Source of the DNA: an uncultured Verrucomicrobiae bacterium
Lineage (GTDB): Bacteria; Verrucomicrobiota; Verrucomicrobiia; Chthoniobacterales; JAFAMB01
NCBI GenBank assembly: GCA_963762565.1
Contig: CAVXLD010000001.1
Span: 1,120,001 to 1,184,000, forward strand
Direction of reading: 5' to 3'
Length of the DNA stretch: 64,000 nucleotides
Position numbers and translations under genes: made by a program. Of this stretch, positions 39,223-49,480 are shown piece after piece. Numbering within the stretch: position 1 is the stretch's first letter; each line of letters begins with the position of its first letter. Below the pieces are notes generated by a model. It was given only the letters and a program-made list of their open reading frames with translations, did no database searches and was not told the DNA's origin.

Positions 39223-39604
39223 TTTCTTCTCTGCAAAACACATTTAAACAATACGCGCTCTCACTCGAGTCCGGACGTCCGTAAAATCCGTTCGCTAATT
39301 AATTACCGGCCACGCCGGGCGCCGGCCTAATGACTCACCTATCGCCGGCGCTTCCGAGATCCGCGAGAGCCTTTTGCGATGGCCCGAAATGCCAAGATTG
39401 ACGCAAGTAACGCCACCACGATCAGGGCACACAACAAGAGTGCCGATGACGCTTGGTCTCCGAGCATCTGCGCGAAGTTTGATTCCATAGAGTGACACTC
39501 AGTAAAGCGGTTTTCCAGGGACCGTAAGAAAGGGACAGGTCAACTGTGCCCGTTATCGTGCAGGCAAGTACAGTAGGGTGCCTGTCGCAATAGAGGCTGA
39601 ATTA

Positions 39605-40916
39605 GGGACAGGTCAATAATCATGACTAACCGCAAAGGAAACCAAACAAGGTGCGGATCAATAGAAGATAACAGGCAGCGCTTTTGCCGGGGACCCTTCG
39701 GAAAGCTTTAAAACGGGGGAAAGCGTTCGAGGCCGTGCCCGCGGACGTGGCTCGACCTGCGCGAAGGCTAAAATGCTAGGCTAGCTGACCGGCCGGAGAC
39801 GGAGATTGCGGAGCACCCAGATCTGGTCATCGGCTATGACGGGCAGCCGGTAGCCACGACCGGATTGGGTAGGAGCGACGATTTGTCTGCAACGGGCGAA
39901 TTGTTCTTGCACAAATCCCCGGCTACCGAGGATTCCGCCATCGGTAAAATAGCGTATGCGGCAGCGCAGAAGGTCCGCCAGTGGGATCTCGCCTTGCTGC
40001 TGCTGGAGTACTTTCTGGGCAAGGTCCCCTTCAATGGTCGCACCCACTTTGGAAGCAGCCGTTCCGGTTCGAAAAAGCAGCTTGCGATATTCCCGGCGCG
40101 CATCCTTCCAATTGCTCTCTGTGCCTAGGCCTAATGTCTCCTGAATCCCCAGTTTGGCGTGGGCCGAGTCCTTAGCGATCGCCTCGGCGTAGCCACAATA
40201 GCGGTAGTCTTTCGGATCTTCGCATAGCCCAGCCCTAAGCGGATTTAAATCGATATAGGCAGCTACCGCACTTAAAGCTTGGCCCTCCTCGATTAATACA
40301 CTCTTAAAGCGCTCCGCCCACAGAACCCCGTATCGGTGATGGCGTCGATTGTACCACTGTGCAAAGCGGCCCTTGAGCTCCTTCATGTAAATCGATACGT
40401 CAAAGAGCCTGCTCAAGTGATGCTCCCTGAGCTGTTGCGCCTGATCGCTCAAGCTTGCTTCTTTGGCGTAGGCGGCTAGTTGCTGAGCCACTTGAGTGCG
40501 CCGCTCTGGCCCGTAGCCAAGCTCGATACAATCCAGCAACTCCTGGTCGGAAAGTGTTCGTCGTTCCGGCACCTTGCACAAGATATGAAAATGGTTGGCC
40601 ATCAAAGCATAGGTTAGCACTTGCACGCAGCAGGCCTCCTCCAGCCGCCGCATCAGGTGAACGAAGTGCTCGGCTTCAATCGAACCAGGGCTTTGGGTCC
40701 GAAACAGAAATCGCCCATCGACCACTCGTGACATGCAGTGGTAGAAGGTCTGTCCTTGTCCTTTGATTCGTGGCTGTCGCATTGGTGCTCAGCCCACATT
40801 CATAACACAAATCATTGCTGTATCAATATTTTCTCTTTGATAACCGAGTGGGCGACCCCCGGGGTAGCCCTCATATCCTTCGGTCCGCCCCCCGTCTTGA
40901 ATAATTGACCTGTCCC
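39605..40916 (-). mobile_element. Y1 (RAYT-like) transposase element bounded by inverted GGGACAGGTCAA ends
   Basis: GGGACAGGTCAATAAT at 39605 (another copy at 39532) and ATAATTGACCTGTCCC at 40901 flank the transposase. Confidence 0.75.
39781..40782 (-). CDS. HUH/Y1 REP-associated tyrosine transposase (RAYT-like)
   Basis: YHCMSR, MANHFHIL (HUH), YNRRH..G.LW.ERFKS, YIDLNPLRAG, DYRYCGY; long C-terminal extension. Confidence 0.92.
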   Translation of the reverse strand: MRQPRIKGQGQTFYHCMSRVVDGRFLFRTQSPGSIEAEHFVHLMRRLEEACCVQVLTYALMANHFHILCKVPERRTLSDQELLDCIELGYGPERRTQVAQQLAAYAKEASLSDQAQQLREHHLSRLFDVSIYMKELKGRFAQWYNRRHHRYGVLWAERFKSVLIEEGQALSAVAAYIDLNPLRAGLCEDPKDYRYCGYAEAIAKDSAHAKLGIQETLGLGTESNWKDARREYRKLLFRTGTAASKVGATIEGDLAQKVLQQQQGEIPLADLLRCRIRYFTDGGILGSRGFVQEQFARCRQIVAPTQSGRGYRLPVIADDQIWVLRNLRLRPVS

Positions 40917-42665
40917 TGTCTTGGTCTTGGTACTTCCGCGAGATTTAGCCGCGTAACGAGCGTGTTAGGATGCTCGGAACCGAGCACTTTTTCTTCTAAC
41001 TCCAACACCGATCGATACTCCGTTTCGTTTCGGCGTCCGCATATTTGCCTTGATGCAAAAGCGCGTTCCCCAGGTCGCTGCGGCTCCCTAACGTGTCCGG
41101 ATTTTCCGGGCCCTTAACCTTTCCTTTCAACCTGACCACGGTGCGGTACTCCGTCTCGGCTTCGACATACTTGCCTTCACTATCGAGAGTGTCAGCCAGG
41201 CCGCTGCGCGTTGTCAGCGTGCTCGGATCCTCCGGGCCAAGCACCTTTTCTTTGAGCCGCAGCAGCTCACGATACTCGGGTTCGGCATCGGCATACTTAG
41301 CTTGGTAGTCAAGGGCAAGCGCTAGATTGTTGCGCGTCTTCAATGTGTCCGGATGTTCGGGGCCAAGGATTTTCTCTCTGAGCTGAAGCACCGCCCGATA
41401 CTCCGTCTCGGCTTGGTCATACTTCCCTTGAAAGAAAAGCGCGGCTGCCAAGTAGTGTCGCGTTGTCATGGTGTCAGGGTGCTCTGGGCCGAGGATGCGT
41501 TCCTGTTCGGCTAATACATCGCGCAAAACCCGCTCGGCGTCGTTGTACCGGCCTTGATCGTGGAGAACCCAGGCGATAGCGAACTGGACCCGCGCCCACT
41601 GGGCCGGATCCCGGGTTTGGTCGGTGAGTTTCTCAGCATCACCGAGTCGCTTCAGAGCATCGGCGTATTCGACGCGTTTCTCGGCCGACCAGGCAGCCAG
41701 CTCAAACGCTTTGACCGCCTCGACGTTCTTTGGCGGCCCGGCGCGCTGCGCTTCGTCGGCGGCAGCGAGTGCTAGGCGCTCCGCTTCATTGTAATCCTTC
41801 GCCACATAAGCCGCGTTCGCCCTCTCGTAGGCTGTGGCATTTGGAGCCTTCTTCAGTTCTTCAGCGAACCGGGGGAGCTGTTCCTTTAAGGTCGCGGCGT
41901 CAATCCCGAGGTTTTTGGCGAGTGCCGCGTAGGTGCGCTCATCAATCTCTGCCGGTTTCTGGCCCGGCCTCTCCTGGCGCACTTTGTCCTGCACCTCGGC
42001 ATATGAATTGACACCCTGCAGCAGTTTTTCGACAGTTTCCTTGAGCGCTTGAAGCTGCTGATTAGTTTGGCGCTGCTGTTCGCTTGAGTGCTGCTGACCC
42101 TGCAATAGCCAAATACACAGGGTTACAGTCAAGATCATCAGCGCAGCAACCGACACGGCCCAACGCTTTACTCCTCGTCGGAGTTGGATGAGATCAGCCC
42201 GAAGCTTCAGCACGCTGGCTTCCAGCCCCTCGTTGCTGCTCAAGGGATGGTAAACGTGGCTATCCGCTTTAACGCGGGCGCGATAAGCGGCCTGAAGTTC
42301 ACATTTTTCCGGGTCTTCGCCCTCGTGTGGATCAGCAGGAAAAGTCTCGTCCAGGAAGAGGTACCAGACCTTTTTCCCCTTAATCTTAGCATAGAGCGCT
42401 TCGTATTGAGTGTAACTGGCGCGGCCGAAAGTCTCATCCGGTGCGGGCGGTTCTGCTCCGTAGCAGTTACCGACCAGTTGCACCCTCCATTGCTGGCCTC
42501 GACCCTTCGTCGCAGCATCGCGCGAAGGTCCCCTTCTTCGATGCCGAAGATATCCTGCCAATCCGGCTCGTACCCAAGGAATATCAGTGTGTTGGCTACG
42601 AGCTGGCGCGCGCTCTTGAGTTCGCGGCTGACAGCCGAGATGAAGATGGCGGGACGCGGAGACAT
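40917..42665 (-). pseudogene. DUF4062 + TPR protein, frameshifted twice and 3'-truncated at a repeat
   Basis: IFISAVSREL N-terminus; LGPEHPDT TPR repeats; last repeat LGSEHPNTLVTRLNLAEV runs into the motif at 40905. Confidence 0.8.
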
Positions 42666-43004
42666 CAGAGTTTCAATGGGGGATGGCAAGGCTAACACCG
42701 AGGCCGGGTGAGGCGCCATCTAATTCCCCCCAGGGGTCACGATTATAGAGCGTGTTGCCCAAATCGATTCGCACAATAAGGAAAGATCACAAGACCACAA
42801 AGGTAACCCTGTCGCACCTCGCTGCGGGCAAGTTAGTAAAAGTTGTACAGTCGCTTCGAGAGTGCCTGCTACACTCGCCTCCTCTAAGTCAGTAGAACAC
42901 CAACCTCTTCTGTCTTTGTGACCTTTTCGTATTGTGATTTGAGGTTCTAAAAGCGGGAAGAGTCACGTTTCTAACAGCCACGATAGCGGCAAAACAGGTA
43001 TTTC

Positions 43005-43151
43005 ACAGAAGATCACAAAGAACAGATACTTTGAACAGGAGGTAAGGGAGGAAACAGAGATAGAAGGTCGAGCTTAGCGCCAAGTAACCCTCCGTTGCCT
43101 CTGTTATCTCCTGTTTAAAATCCGTCTTTGTGGCCTTCGTGACCTTCTGTG
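43005..43151. repeat. Nested palindromic intergenic element (CACAGAAG...CTTCTGTG family)
   Basis: Outer CACAGAAGATCACAAAG/CTTCGTGACCTTCTGTG and inner AACAGGAG/CTCCTGTT; similar elements near 58536-58693 and 63497-63916. Confidence 0.7.
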
Positions 43152-43269
43152 GATGATTTCTTTTTTGCGGTCGTTGGTCACTCTTCTCATTCTCTGTCTT
43201 ACCCTTGCGACTCTGCGAGATTTTTTTCTTCTTGGTTGCAGCTTACCCATACTAGGATCCGCCGCGGCT

Positions 43270-43761
43270 ATGAAGACATTGTTCAGGATTGCTTTGTTGG
43301 TTCAACTGGTCAGCGGTGTCGGCACCACGTGCAAAGCGGCGGATAACGCCGACGCTGAATTGATGCGGGCTGCAACCGAATTGGCTCGACAATATGACGC
43401 TCGTTACGCTGCCCGGGATTCCGCCGGCATGGCGGCACTTTACGCCGCGGACGGGAGGTTAGTGTCACCTGAGGGTCCGACCCTGCACGGCCGAGTAGCG
43501 CTCACCGCTTACTAGAGCAAACGTTTCGCTACCGGATTCAGAGGCTACGTCACCAAAGTCGTGGAAGTCCATGCGCAAGGAAACAGCGGCTACGGCATCT
43601 CCGAATTCGCTGTCAGCACTCCCATTGTAAATCGCCAAACGCACCAACTGCATGGAACCATGGTCTCGGTCTACCAACATGATGCCGACGGTTGGCACTT
43701 TAGCTTGGTGGTTCACAGCGTCCCGGGAAGTAGGAGGGGAGACTTGGTCGGTCAAATGTGA
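43270..43761 (+). pseudogene. NTF2/DUF4440-like exported protein with an in-frame TAG
   Basis: Stop at 43513-43515; the same frame continues SKRFATG...DADGWHF. Confidence 0.7.
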
Positions 43762-44020
43762 AGGCGAAAAGGGGTGAACCCCCTCGCCTTAGGCTCGGAA
43801 TGACAAATCACAAATGACAAATGACAAACGAAGGCACTCCGCGGATGACGCCCGTCGTGAATTTCGTGAATCTGTCATCTCGTTCGTCCATCTGCGGTTG
43901 GGTTTTGCGCCTTTAGTACGTAATTCTACGCATTGTCCCGAACCCGTTCTGTGCCAGGTTGGCTGAAAACAAGCTTCGGAAACCTCGCTTCCGTTGTAAC
44001 CAGTAATTCAAGCCATATAT

Positions 44021-44525
44021 ATGCCTGCTACAATTAGCCCTTGGTTCAACAGGGGACGATGTTAAGCGTCTCCAGCGGGTTCTCGCGCGACATTTGCTCT
44101 GGAATCCATTCGGTCCTATAACGGGAGTGTTCGATGCGAGCCTCGAGACCTCTGTAAAGTCTTTTCAACAGGCAAATGGATTGGTAGCCGATGGGGTTGT
44201 TGGTCCGACAACCTGGGCGAAATTGCCCAGCTATCGCGAAGCATCACCAGAGTTGAAAGAAGGATGGAAGGGACCGGCTGTAGCTTGGCTGCAAAAGGTG
44301 TTGGCCGGGCAGGATTTTGTGATCAATTTTACCCCGTATAACGGTGCCATCGACGGCATCTTCGGTCCGAAAACTGACGCCGCCGTACGCGCATTACAAA
44401 CCTGGGCCGGCCTGCCTCCAAACGGCGTTTTGGACGACAACACCTGGTTCACCTGGATGGAACCCGGCTCCGCTTCGCAATTAACCCTCGAAGCAGCCTC
44501 CAATCTCACCGATGGCTTGTTGTAA
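44021..44525 (+). CDS. Tandem peptidoglycan-binding domain protein, apparent +1 frameshift near 44038
   Basis: GSTGDDVKRLQ, FQQANGLVADGVVGPTTW, IDGIFGPKT. Confidence 0.8.
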
Positions 44526-44665
44526 TCCCAACCCGCTGGTTACAACTCTCGGTTTGGGAATCTAAAATAGGAACAGGTCACAGCTCCTGCATCGCGGTGG
44601 CCGGTGCACGCGGAAAGATTTGCAAAAATCAGAAGTCTTTTGCGTCAGGTTGATAGAGACGCCAG

Positions 44666-44983
44666 ATGATCTTCTACCATAGGACGAACGCTGCAAAAAC
44701 CATCTTGCGCTACGGATTTAGAGACGCAGAACGATTTCGCGGTTTCGAAAGCCCAGTTCTCCGGGGAGTCTTCATTTCTGACGTTCCGCTCGCGTGCATG
44801 GAAGAAGAAAAAGGGAGCCAAGTTCTGAAAATCACGCTCCCTGACGATTTTGACATCTCCGATTACGAATTGATCGAGAAGAGCAAACATTACCGAGAGT
44901 GGTGCATACCGTCGGAACTGATTAACCTACTCGGCCAGGTCGAACTCCCGGAAGGAGAAGCTGAATTGGGGACAGGTCAATAA
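44666..44983 (+). CDS. Small protein, possible ADP-ribosyltransferase-like fold
   Basis: FYHRT..I...GF, GVFISD, EWCIP; last codons ELGTGQ* encoded by the repeat. Confidence 0.55.
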   Translation: MIFYHRTNAAKTILRYGFRDAERFRGFESPVLRGVFISDVPLACMEEEKGSQVLKITLPDDFDISDYELIEKSKHYREWCIPSELINLLGQVELPEGEAELGTGQ

Positions 44984-45076
44984 TCGCCAACTGTCTGGCT
45001 ACCGGTCGTATTTCCAATGAAACAATTGACCTGTCCCTCGCCCTGGATTCAATTGACCTGTCCCTCGCCCTGGATT
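44968..45076. repeat. Inverted-repeat unit with a 27-bp tandem duplication
   Basis: Forward 44968; reverse 45026, 45053; duplication 45023-45049/45050-45076. Confidence 0.9.
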
Positions 45077-45205
45077 CAGACCTGGACCGGCCTGCCTCCA
45101 AACGGCGTTTTGGACGACAACACCTGGTTCACCTGGATGGAACCCGGCTCCGCTTCGCAATTGACCCTCGAAGCGGCATCCAATCTCACCGATGGCTTGT
45201 TGTAA
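45077..45205 (+). repeat. 129-bp direct repeat of 44397-44525 (3' end of the PG-binding gene)
   Basis: Five mismatches by eye, ending at the same TAA. Confidence 0.95.
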
Positions 45206-45514
45206 GCTCAATCCGTTCGGCGTTCGGCGTTTGGCGTTTGGCGTTGGTCGGCGGTCGGCGGTCGGCGGTCGTTGCTTAGGACCGTCAGTTAGGGATAGGT
45301 GGACTGGGGCTTTTAATCGTGCTCGTGCTCGGGATTTGGAAGGCGAGGCGTGGGCGTATGGGCGTATGGGCGTATGGGCGATGCGGCGAATTGCTCAGCG
45401 TTTCGCCAATTTGCTATCTGCTATTTGCTATTTGTAGTCGCGAACGAGCCTCGGGCGAGTTCGTGCTACCGGCCTCACTTGCGCCTTCAAGAGAACCCGT
45501 TTAGGAAGGGAGCC

Positions 45515-46504
45515 ATGGATACCAGAACTGGCGTGACTCGGCGAGAGTTCCTGCGGAGTTCTTTGATCACTGCGGCGGGTCTGGCGACGGGCGTCTCCGG
45601 CGCTACCCTCTCTTCACCGCCGACTTTATCGGAATCACTGCGCCTCGTCTTCGCTACTGATACCCATCTGATGCAGAACAATGGCTTACGTTCGGCAGAA
45701 GGACTGGCTGCAGCGGTAGAGGCAATCAAAGAGTTGCGACCACGACCAGATCTGATCGTTTGCGGCGGCGATCTCACTCATCCCTGGCCAAACCTCGATT
45801 ATCCCGCCGCGAACAAACTGCTGGATCGTTTCCTTGGCATTTGGGCACCGCTGCATTCGATCGAGACCCATTACGTTTTCGGAAATCACGACTTCGTTGG
45901 CACGCTGAACCCGCGTGTTTCTCGACACGATCCGCGCTTCGGTAAGGGGCTGTTTGAGAAGCGCCTCGATCTCCCCAGGCTGTATTACTCATTCGAAAAA
46001 CGAGGCTGGCGTTTCATAATCCTCGACGATGTCTGGCCGAATCTGGACGGCAGCTACTACGGACAGTACAAGGCGGACCAGCTCGACTTCGTCCAAAGCG
46101 AATTAAAAGCCCACAAGGAAAAACCAACCGTCATCGCCAGCCATATCCCAGCGGTTTCCAATTTCGGGACATTGCTCGGATTCGCCAGATCTATTCAGAC
46201 CAATTTCAAGCATCGGCCTTCGCTGATTTCGAGAAACGGCAAGACGCTAGTCAATATCATTCGCCAGTCCGGAGCTAACGTAAAGCTGGTGCTTGCCGGG
46301 CATCTTCACCATCAAGAGAGGATGGAGGCCGATGGCGTTAGCTACCTCAACGGGGGCGCGATTTGTGGTAACTGGTGGAAAGGATCGATGATGGGCTGTC
46401 CGGAAGGATTCAATGTGATCGATCTGCACCCAGATGGTTCATTCGCGATCGCTTATAAGACGTTTGGTTGGGCTTGGGACAGGTCAACTGTTTCGGTTCA
46501 CTGA
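45515..46504 (+). CDS. Tat-exported metallophosphoesterase
   Basis: TRREFL signal; DTH, GGD, GNHD, GHLH. Confidence 0.9.
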   Translation: MDTRTGVTRREFLRSSLITAAGLATGVSGATLSSPPTLSESLRLVFATDTHLMQNNGLRSAEGLAAAVEAIKELRPRPDLIVCGGDLTHPWPNLDYPAANKLLDRFLGIWAPLHSIETHYVFGNHDFVGTLNPRVSRHDPRFGKGLFEKRLDLPRLYYSFEKRGWRFIILDDVWPNLDGSYYGQYKADQLDFVQSELKAHKEKPTVIASHIPAVSNFGTLLGFARSIQTNFKHRPSLISRNGKTLVNIIRQSGANVKLVLAGHLHHQERMEADGVSYLNGGAICGNWWKGSMMGCPEGFNVIDLHPDGSFAIAYKTFGWAWDRSTVSVH

Positions 46505-46524
46505 TTAGCAGCCGATCCTCAGCG

Positions 46525-47427
46525 ATGGATTCTCGACCACCAATTCTATTGGCCGTTTTCGGAGCCCTGCTTCTGACTCAGATAGCGGCCTCTGCATCTG
46601 ATCTGGCTTTTCTGGGTCCAAAAGGAAGTTATAGCGATGAAGCGGCAACTATATGGGCGTCTCGTGACCATATCACTGGCACTCTCCCTTTAAGCACGAT
46701 CAGCTCGATCGCAGAATCTGCCCGGGACGGACGGGTAGAATTTGGTTTGCTGCCATTCGAGAATAGTATCGGCGGATTCGTCGGGGAAACGCAGAAGCTC
46801 CTGCTGGCGGCGGACCTCGGATGGCGCATCATCGGAGACATTACTATTCCGATCAGTAACAATCTTTTGGTAAAGCCCGGGGCGAAGGCATCGGATCTGA
46901 AGAAAGTAATATCGCATCCGGAGGCTCTTAAAGAATGCGCGAAATGGCTAAAGACGAACTTCCCTGAACTGGCTCAAGAGGAAGTCAGCTCCACCGCGGC
47001 GGCTGCAGAAGCAGTTTCCAAAGGGGATGGGACTATCGCAGCGATCGCCTCGCCGGCGGCTGCGAGTGTTTATCAGCTGCAGATATTGTTCTCAAATATT
47101 GAGGACGATCGATCTAATGCCACGAACTTCGTGGTAATCGAAGGCGCCGGAGGCAATTTCTCAGAGCAAAATCCGACTCGCCTGGTTGTCCGAATCGAGG
47201 CAGCAAGCGGGACGGACATTTTTGCCCGGTTGCTAGACGCTCTGAATCGTCTTTCATTTAGTTTGACCAGCGCAGCCAGCGTAGCCACGGGCAGTCTAGG
47301 TTCACATCGATTCGCTCTCATATTGGACTCAAAAAAGGGAACAGATCTCGGCCAAATTCAAGATCTGCTTCGGCCTACCGGTGCTGTACTAGTCGGAGCG
47401 TACCGTCCCTCCGGCCTCGGACAGTAA
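46525..47427 (+). CDS. Prephenate dehydratase-like protein with signal peptide and degenerate ACT domain
   Basis: AFLGPKGSYS, LPFENS, SHPEAL.EC, STAAAA, NATNF. Confidence 0.82.
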   Translation: MDSRPPILLAVFGALLLTQIAASASDLAFLGPKGSYSDEAATIWASRDHITGTLPLSTISSIAESARDGRVEFGLLPFENSIGGFVGETQKLLLAADLGWRIIGDITIPISNNLLVKPGAKASDLKKVISHPEALKECAKWLKTNFPELAQEEVSSTAAAAEAVSKGDGTIAAIASPAAASVYQLQILFSNIEDDRSNATNFVVIEGAGGNFSEQNPTRLVVRIEAASGTDIFARLLDALNRLSFSLTSAASVATGSLGSHRFALILDSKKGTDLGQIQDLLRPTGAVLVGAYRPSGLGQ

Positions 47428-47748
47428 AAGATCGCAACGCGGCCGATCCTTCTAAAACCTTGAAACCGGACGCCTCGGTTTGCGGTAGAAAGCTAATACC
47501 TATGGATTTTTTGTTTTTGGCCGCGGCGCACCAGCTATCAGCCAGCATGCCTCAAGCGTATCCGACATGGACGACTAGTAGCGGGGTCGAGATTATGGCG
47601 GACATAATTAGTGGCTTCCTCACGCTTGGTTTCGGCATCTTTATTTACCGGCTGCCCCCGGAAAAGTGAAACCAAGACCTTTCGTTTTCGCCCGTGAGAA
47701 ATCCTCGCGTCCTTGTCCTTTGTGGCCTTCTGTGCTGATGGTGACTCC

Positions 47749-48561
47749 ATGATCTTCAAAGGTCTGTTCGGGCCAATGGCTGCTCTGATTGGCCTGGGGT
47801 TCTCTTTCCCGGCGGTCGCTGAAGCCGGTGGACCGGTTCGGCTTTACAGTGCGGACCGTACCCATAACGATTTTTGGGAAAACAGGGGAAGTCATCGCGA
47901 TCGAACAGGAGAACGGAGCGATGGGCCTCCAGGTTAAGGAATCGGACGGATTCAATGTCGAGGTGGTTAATCAGTTGAAGGAACCAACCAGTATCCATTG
48001 GCACGGCTTGATCCTACCCGCGTTGATGGACGGAGTTCCGTTTGTGAGCCAGGATCCAATTCCTCCCGGTGAGACTTATCATTATCAGTTTGCGTTGAAG
48101 CAAAGTGGAACTTACTGGCTCCATTCTCACTATGGTCTACAGGAACAATTGTTAGCCGCCGCGCCGTTAATCCTGGAAAGCGAAGCGCAAAACGCCAAGG
48201 CCGATGAACAATACACAGTGCTCTTGAGCGATTACTCGTTTACGTCGTCTGCAAAAATCCTCGAACGATTGAAGGGCGGTATGCCGGTTCAGCGGCAACC
48301 AACTTCTTCGTGAACACCGGAGCGTTGACCAGCCAGTTAACGGCGGTTGATGGAAAAGATATCGAGCCGGTATCGGGAAATTATTTTCAGTTAGGGATCG
48401 CGCAACGGATCGATCTGCTGATGAAAATCCCGGATAAAGGGGACGCTTTTCCTATTCTGGCCCAGCGTGCCACATCCTCTATCACGCGGCGGTGGGCATG
48501 TTCACGGTTCTCAAATACGACGGCGCCGATACCAAGTTTTGGCAACCCGAGAAAACGCTGA
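47749..48561 (+). pseudogene. Multicopper oxidase, frameshifted and internally deleted
   Basis: IHWHG, MDGVP, WLHSH; later QRIDL and a CHILYH-like remnant out of frame. Confidence 0.8.
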
Positions 48562-48590
48562 CCGAGCTTAGGGGAGAGCGTTGAGTTTCC

Positions 48591-49193
48591 TCAATCGATT
48601 AACCGATCATCTGCGTGCGCTCTGAGTCGCTCCGAAAGAGCATCCGTGATATGTCGCATTAGATCAGGAGTCTCACGAGAAAACCCATATACCCATTCTG
48701 GAAAGTTGAGAGGCTTCTGTACTGCCCAGATCTCGTCGTGGCGATCGGGAGGCAGAATTTGAGCCGGATCGCCGACTGCGATCCATCCGATGGGAACAAA
48801 CACTTCGGGCGGAATGACCGTGCGCAAATGCACCGTCGCATGAGGTCGTACTTCCGCGCCCCGTCCTAATTTCGCTCCGTGAAAGATCGCCGCTGATGTT
48901 GCCACGAACACTTCATGCTCAAGAGAGGCACCGACGACATGAGCGTTGGGCCCAACGAGGCAGTGATCCCCAATGGTACACGCATGTTTTGCAGTCGCTC
49001 GAATGACAGCGTTTTCCATCACGATGCATTCGCGTCCGATCTGGATGAGGCCACCAGACTCACCCACTATTCGCGCACCGTAGAGAACGCGGGAGCCCGG
49101 ACCGACGTACACGTTGCCGCATATCGTCGCATCGGGTGCAATCCAAGCGGTCGAATCAATTTGCGGCCGATGCCCTGCGTGTTCAAATAACAT
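48591..49193 (-). CDS. Gamma carbonic anhydrase-like hexapeptide repeat protein
   Basis: PQIDSTAWIAP, hexapeptide repeats, GDPA. Confidence 0.85.
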   Translation of the reverse strand: MLFEHAGHRPQIDSTAWIAPDATICGNVYVGPGSRVLYGARIVGESGGLIQIGRECIVMENAVIRATAKHACTIGDHCLVGPNAHVVGASLEHEVFVATSAAIFHGAKLGRGAEVRPHATVHLRTVIPPEVFVPIGWIAVGDPAQILPPDRHDEIWAVQKPLNFPEWVYGFSRETPDLMRHITDALSERLRAHADDRLID

Positions 49194-49480
49194 AGGTAGA
49201 TCCTCCGATTTCAGCGGTCTCCTCGGATGGGATTGAGTTTACCATAAGCAACCGGTCACCGTTAAACCATTGTTACACTTCGAGTCGCCGTTCTTGCACG
49301 CCCGCAGATTAACGCAGAGCCTCGCGCAGAGGACGCAAAGGACGGAGAGGTCCAATCGTCTTCTTGTTTGCGTCCGCTGCGAACTTTGCGCGAGGTTCTG
49401 CGTTAAGCGATGCGGCCGGCTTTTCGCGGCTATTCTATTTTGTTCCCCTGAAATCGGGCCCGATTAGGCATCGGCCTCGA

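Noticed and set aside
43513..43515. Pyrrolysine or amber readthrough
   Set aside because: Single in-frame TAG, other genes use TAG as a normal stop and no pyl genes are present; a nonsense mutation or error is simpler
44397..45205. Diversity-generating retroelement TR/VR pair
   Set aside because: No reverse transcriptase is present; the mismatches are mostly synonymous and not consistently adenine-specific
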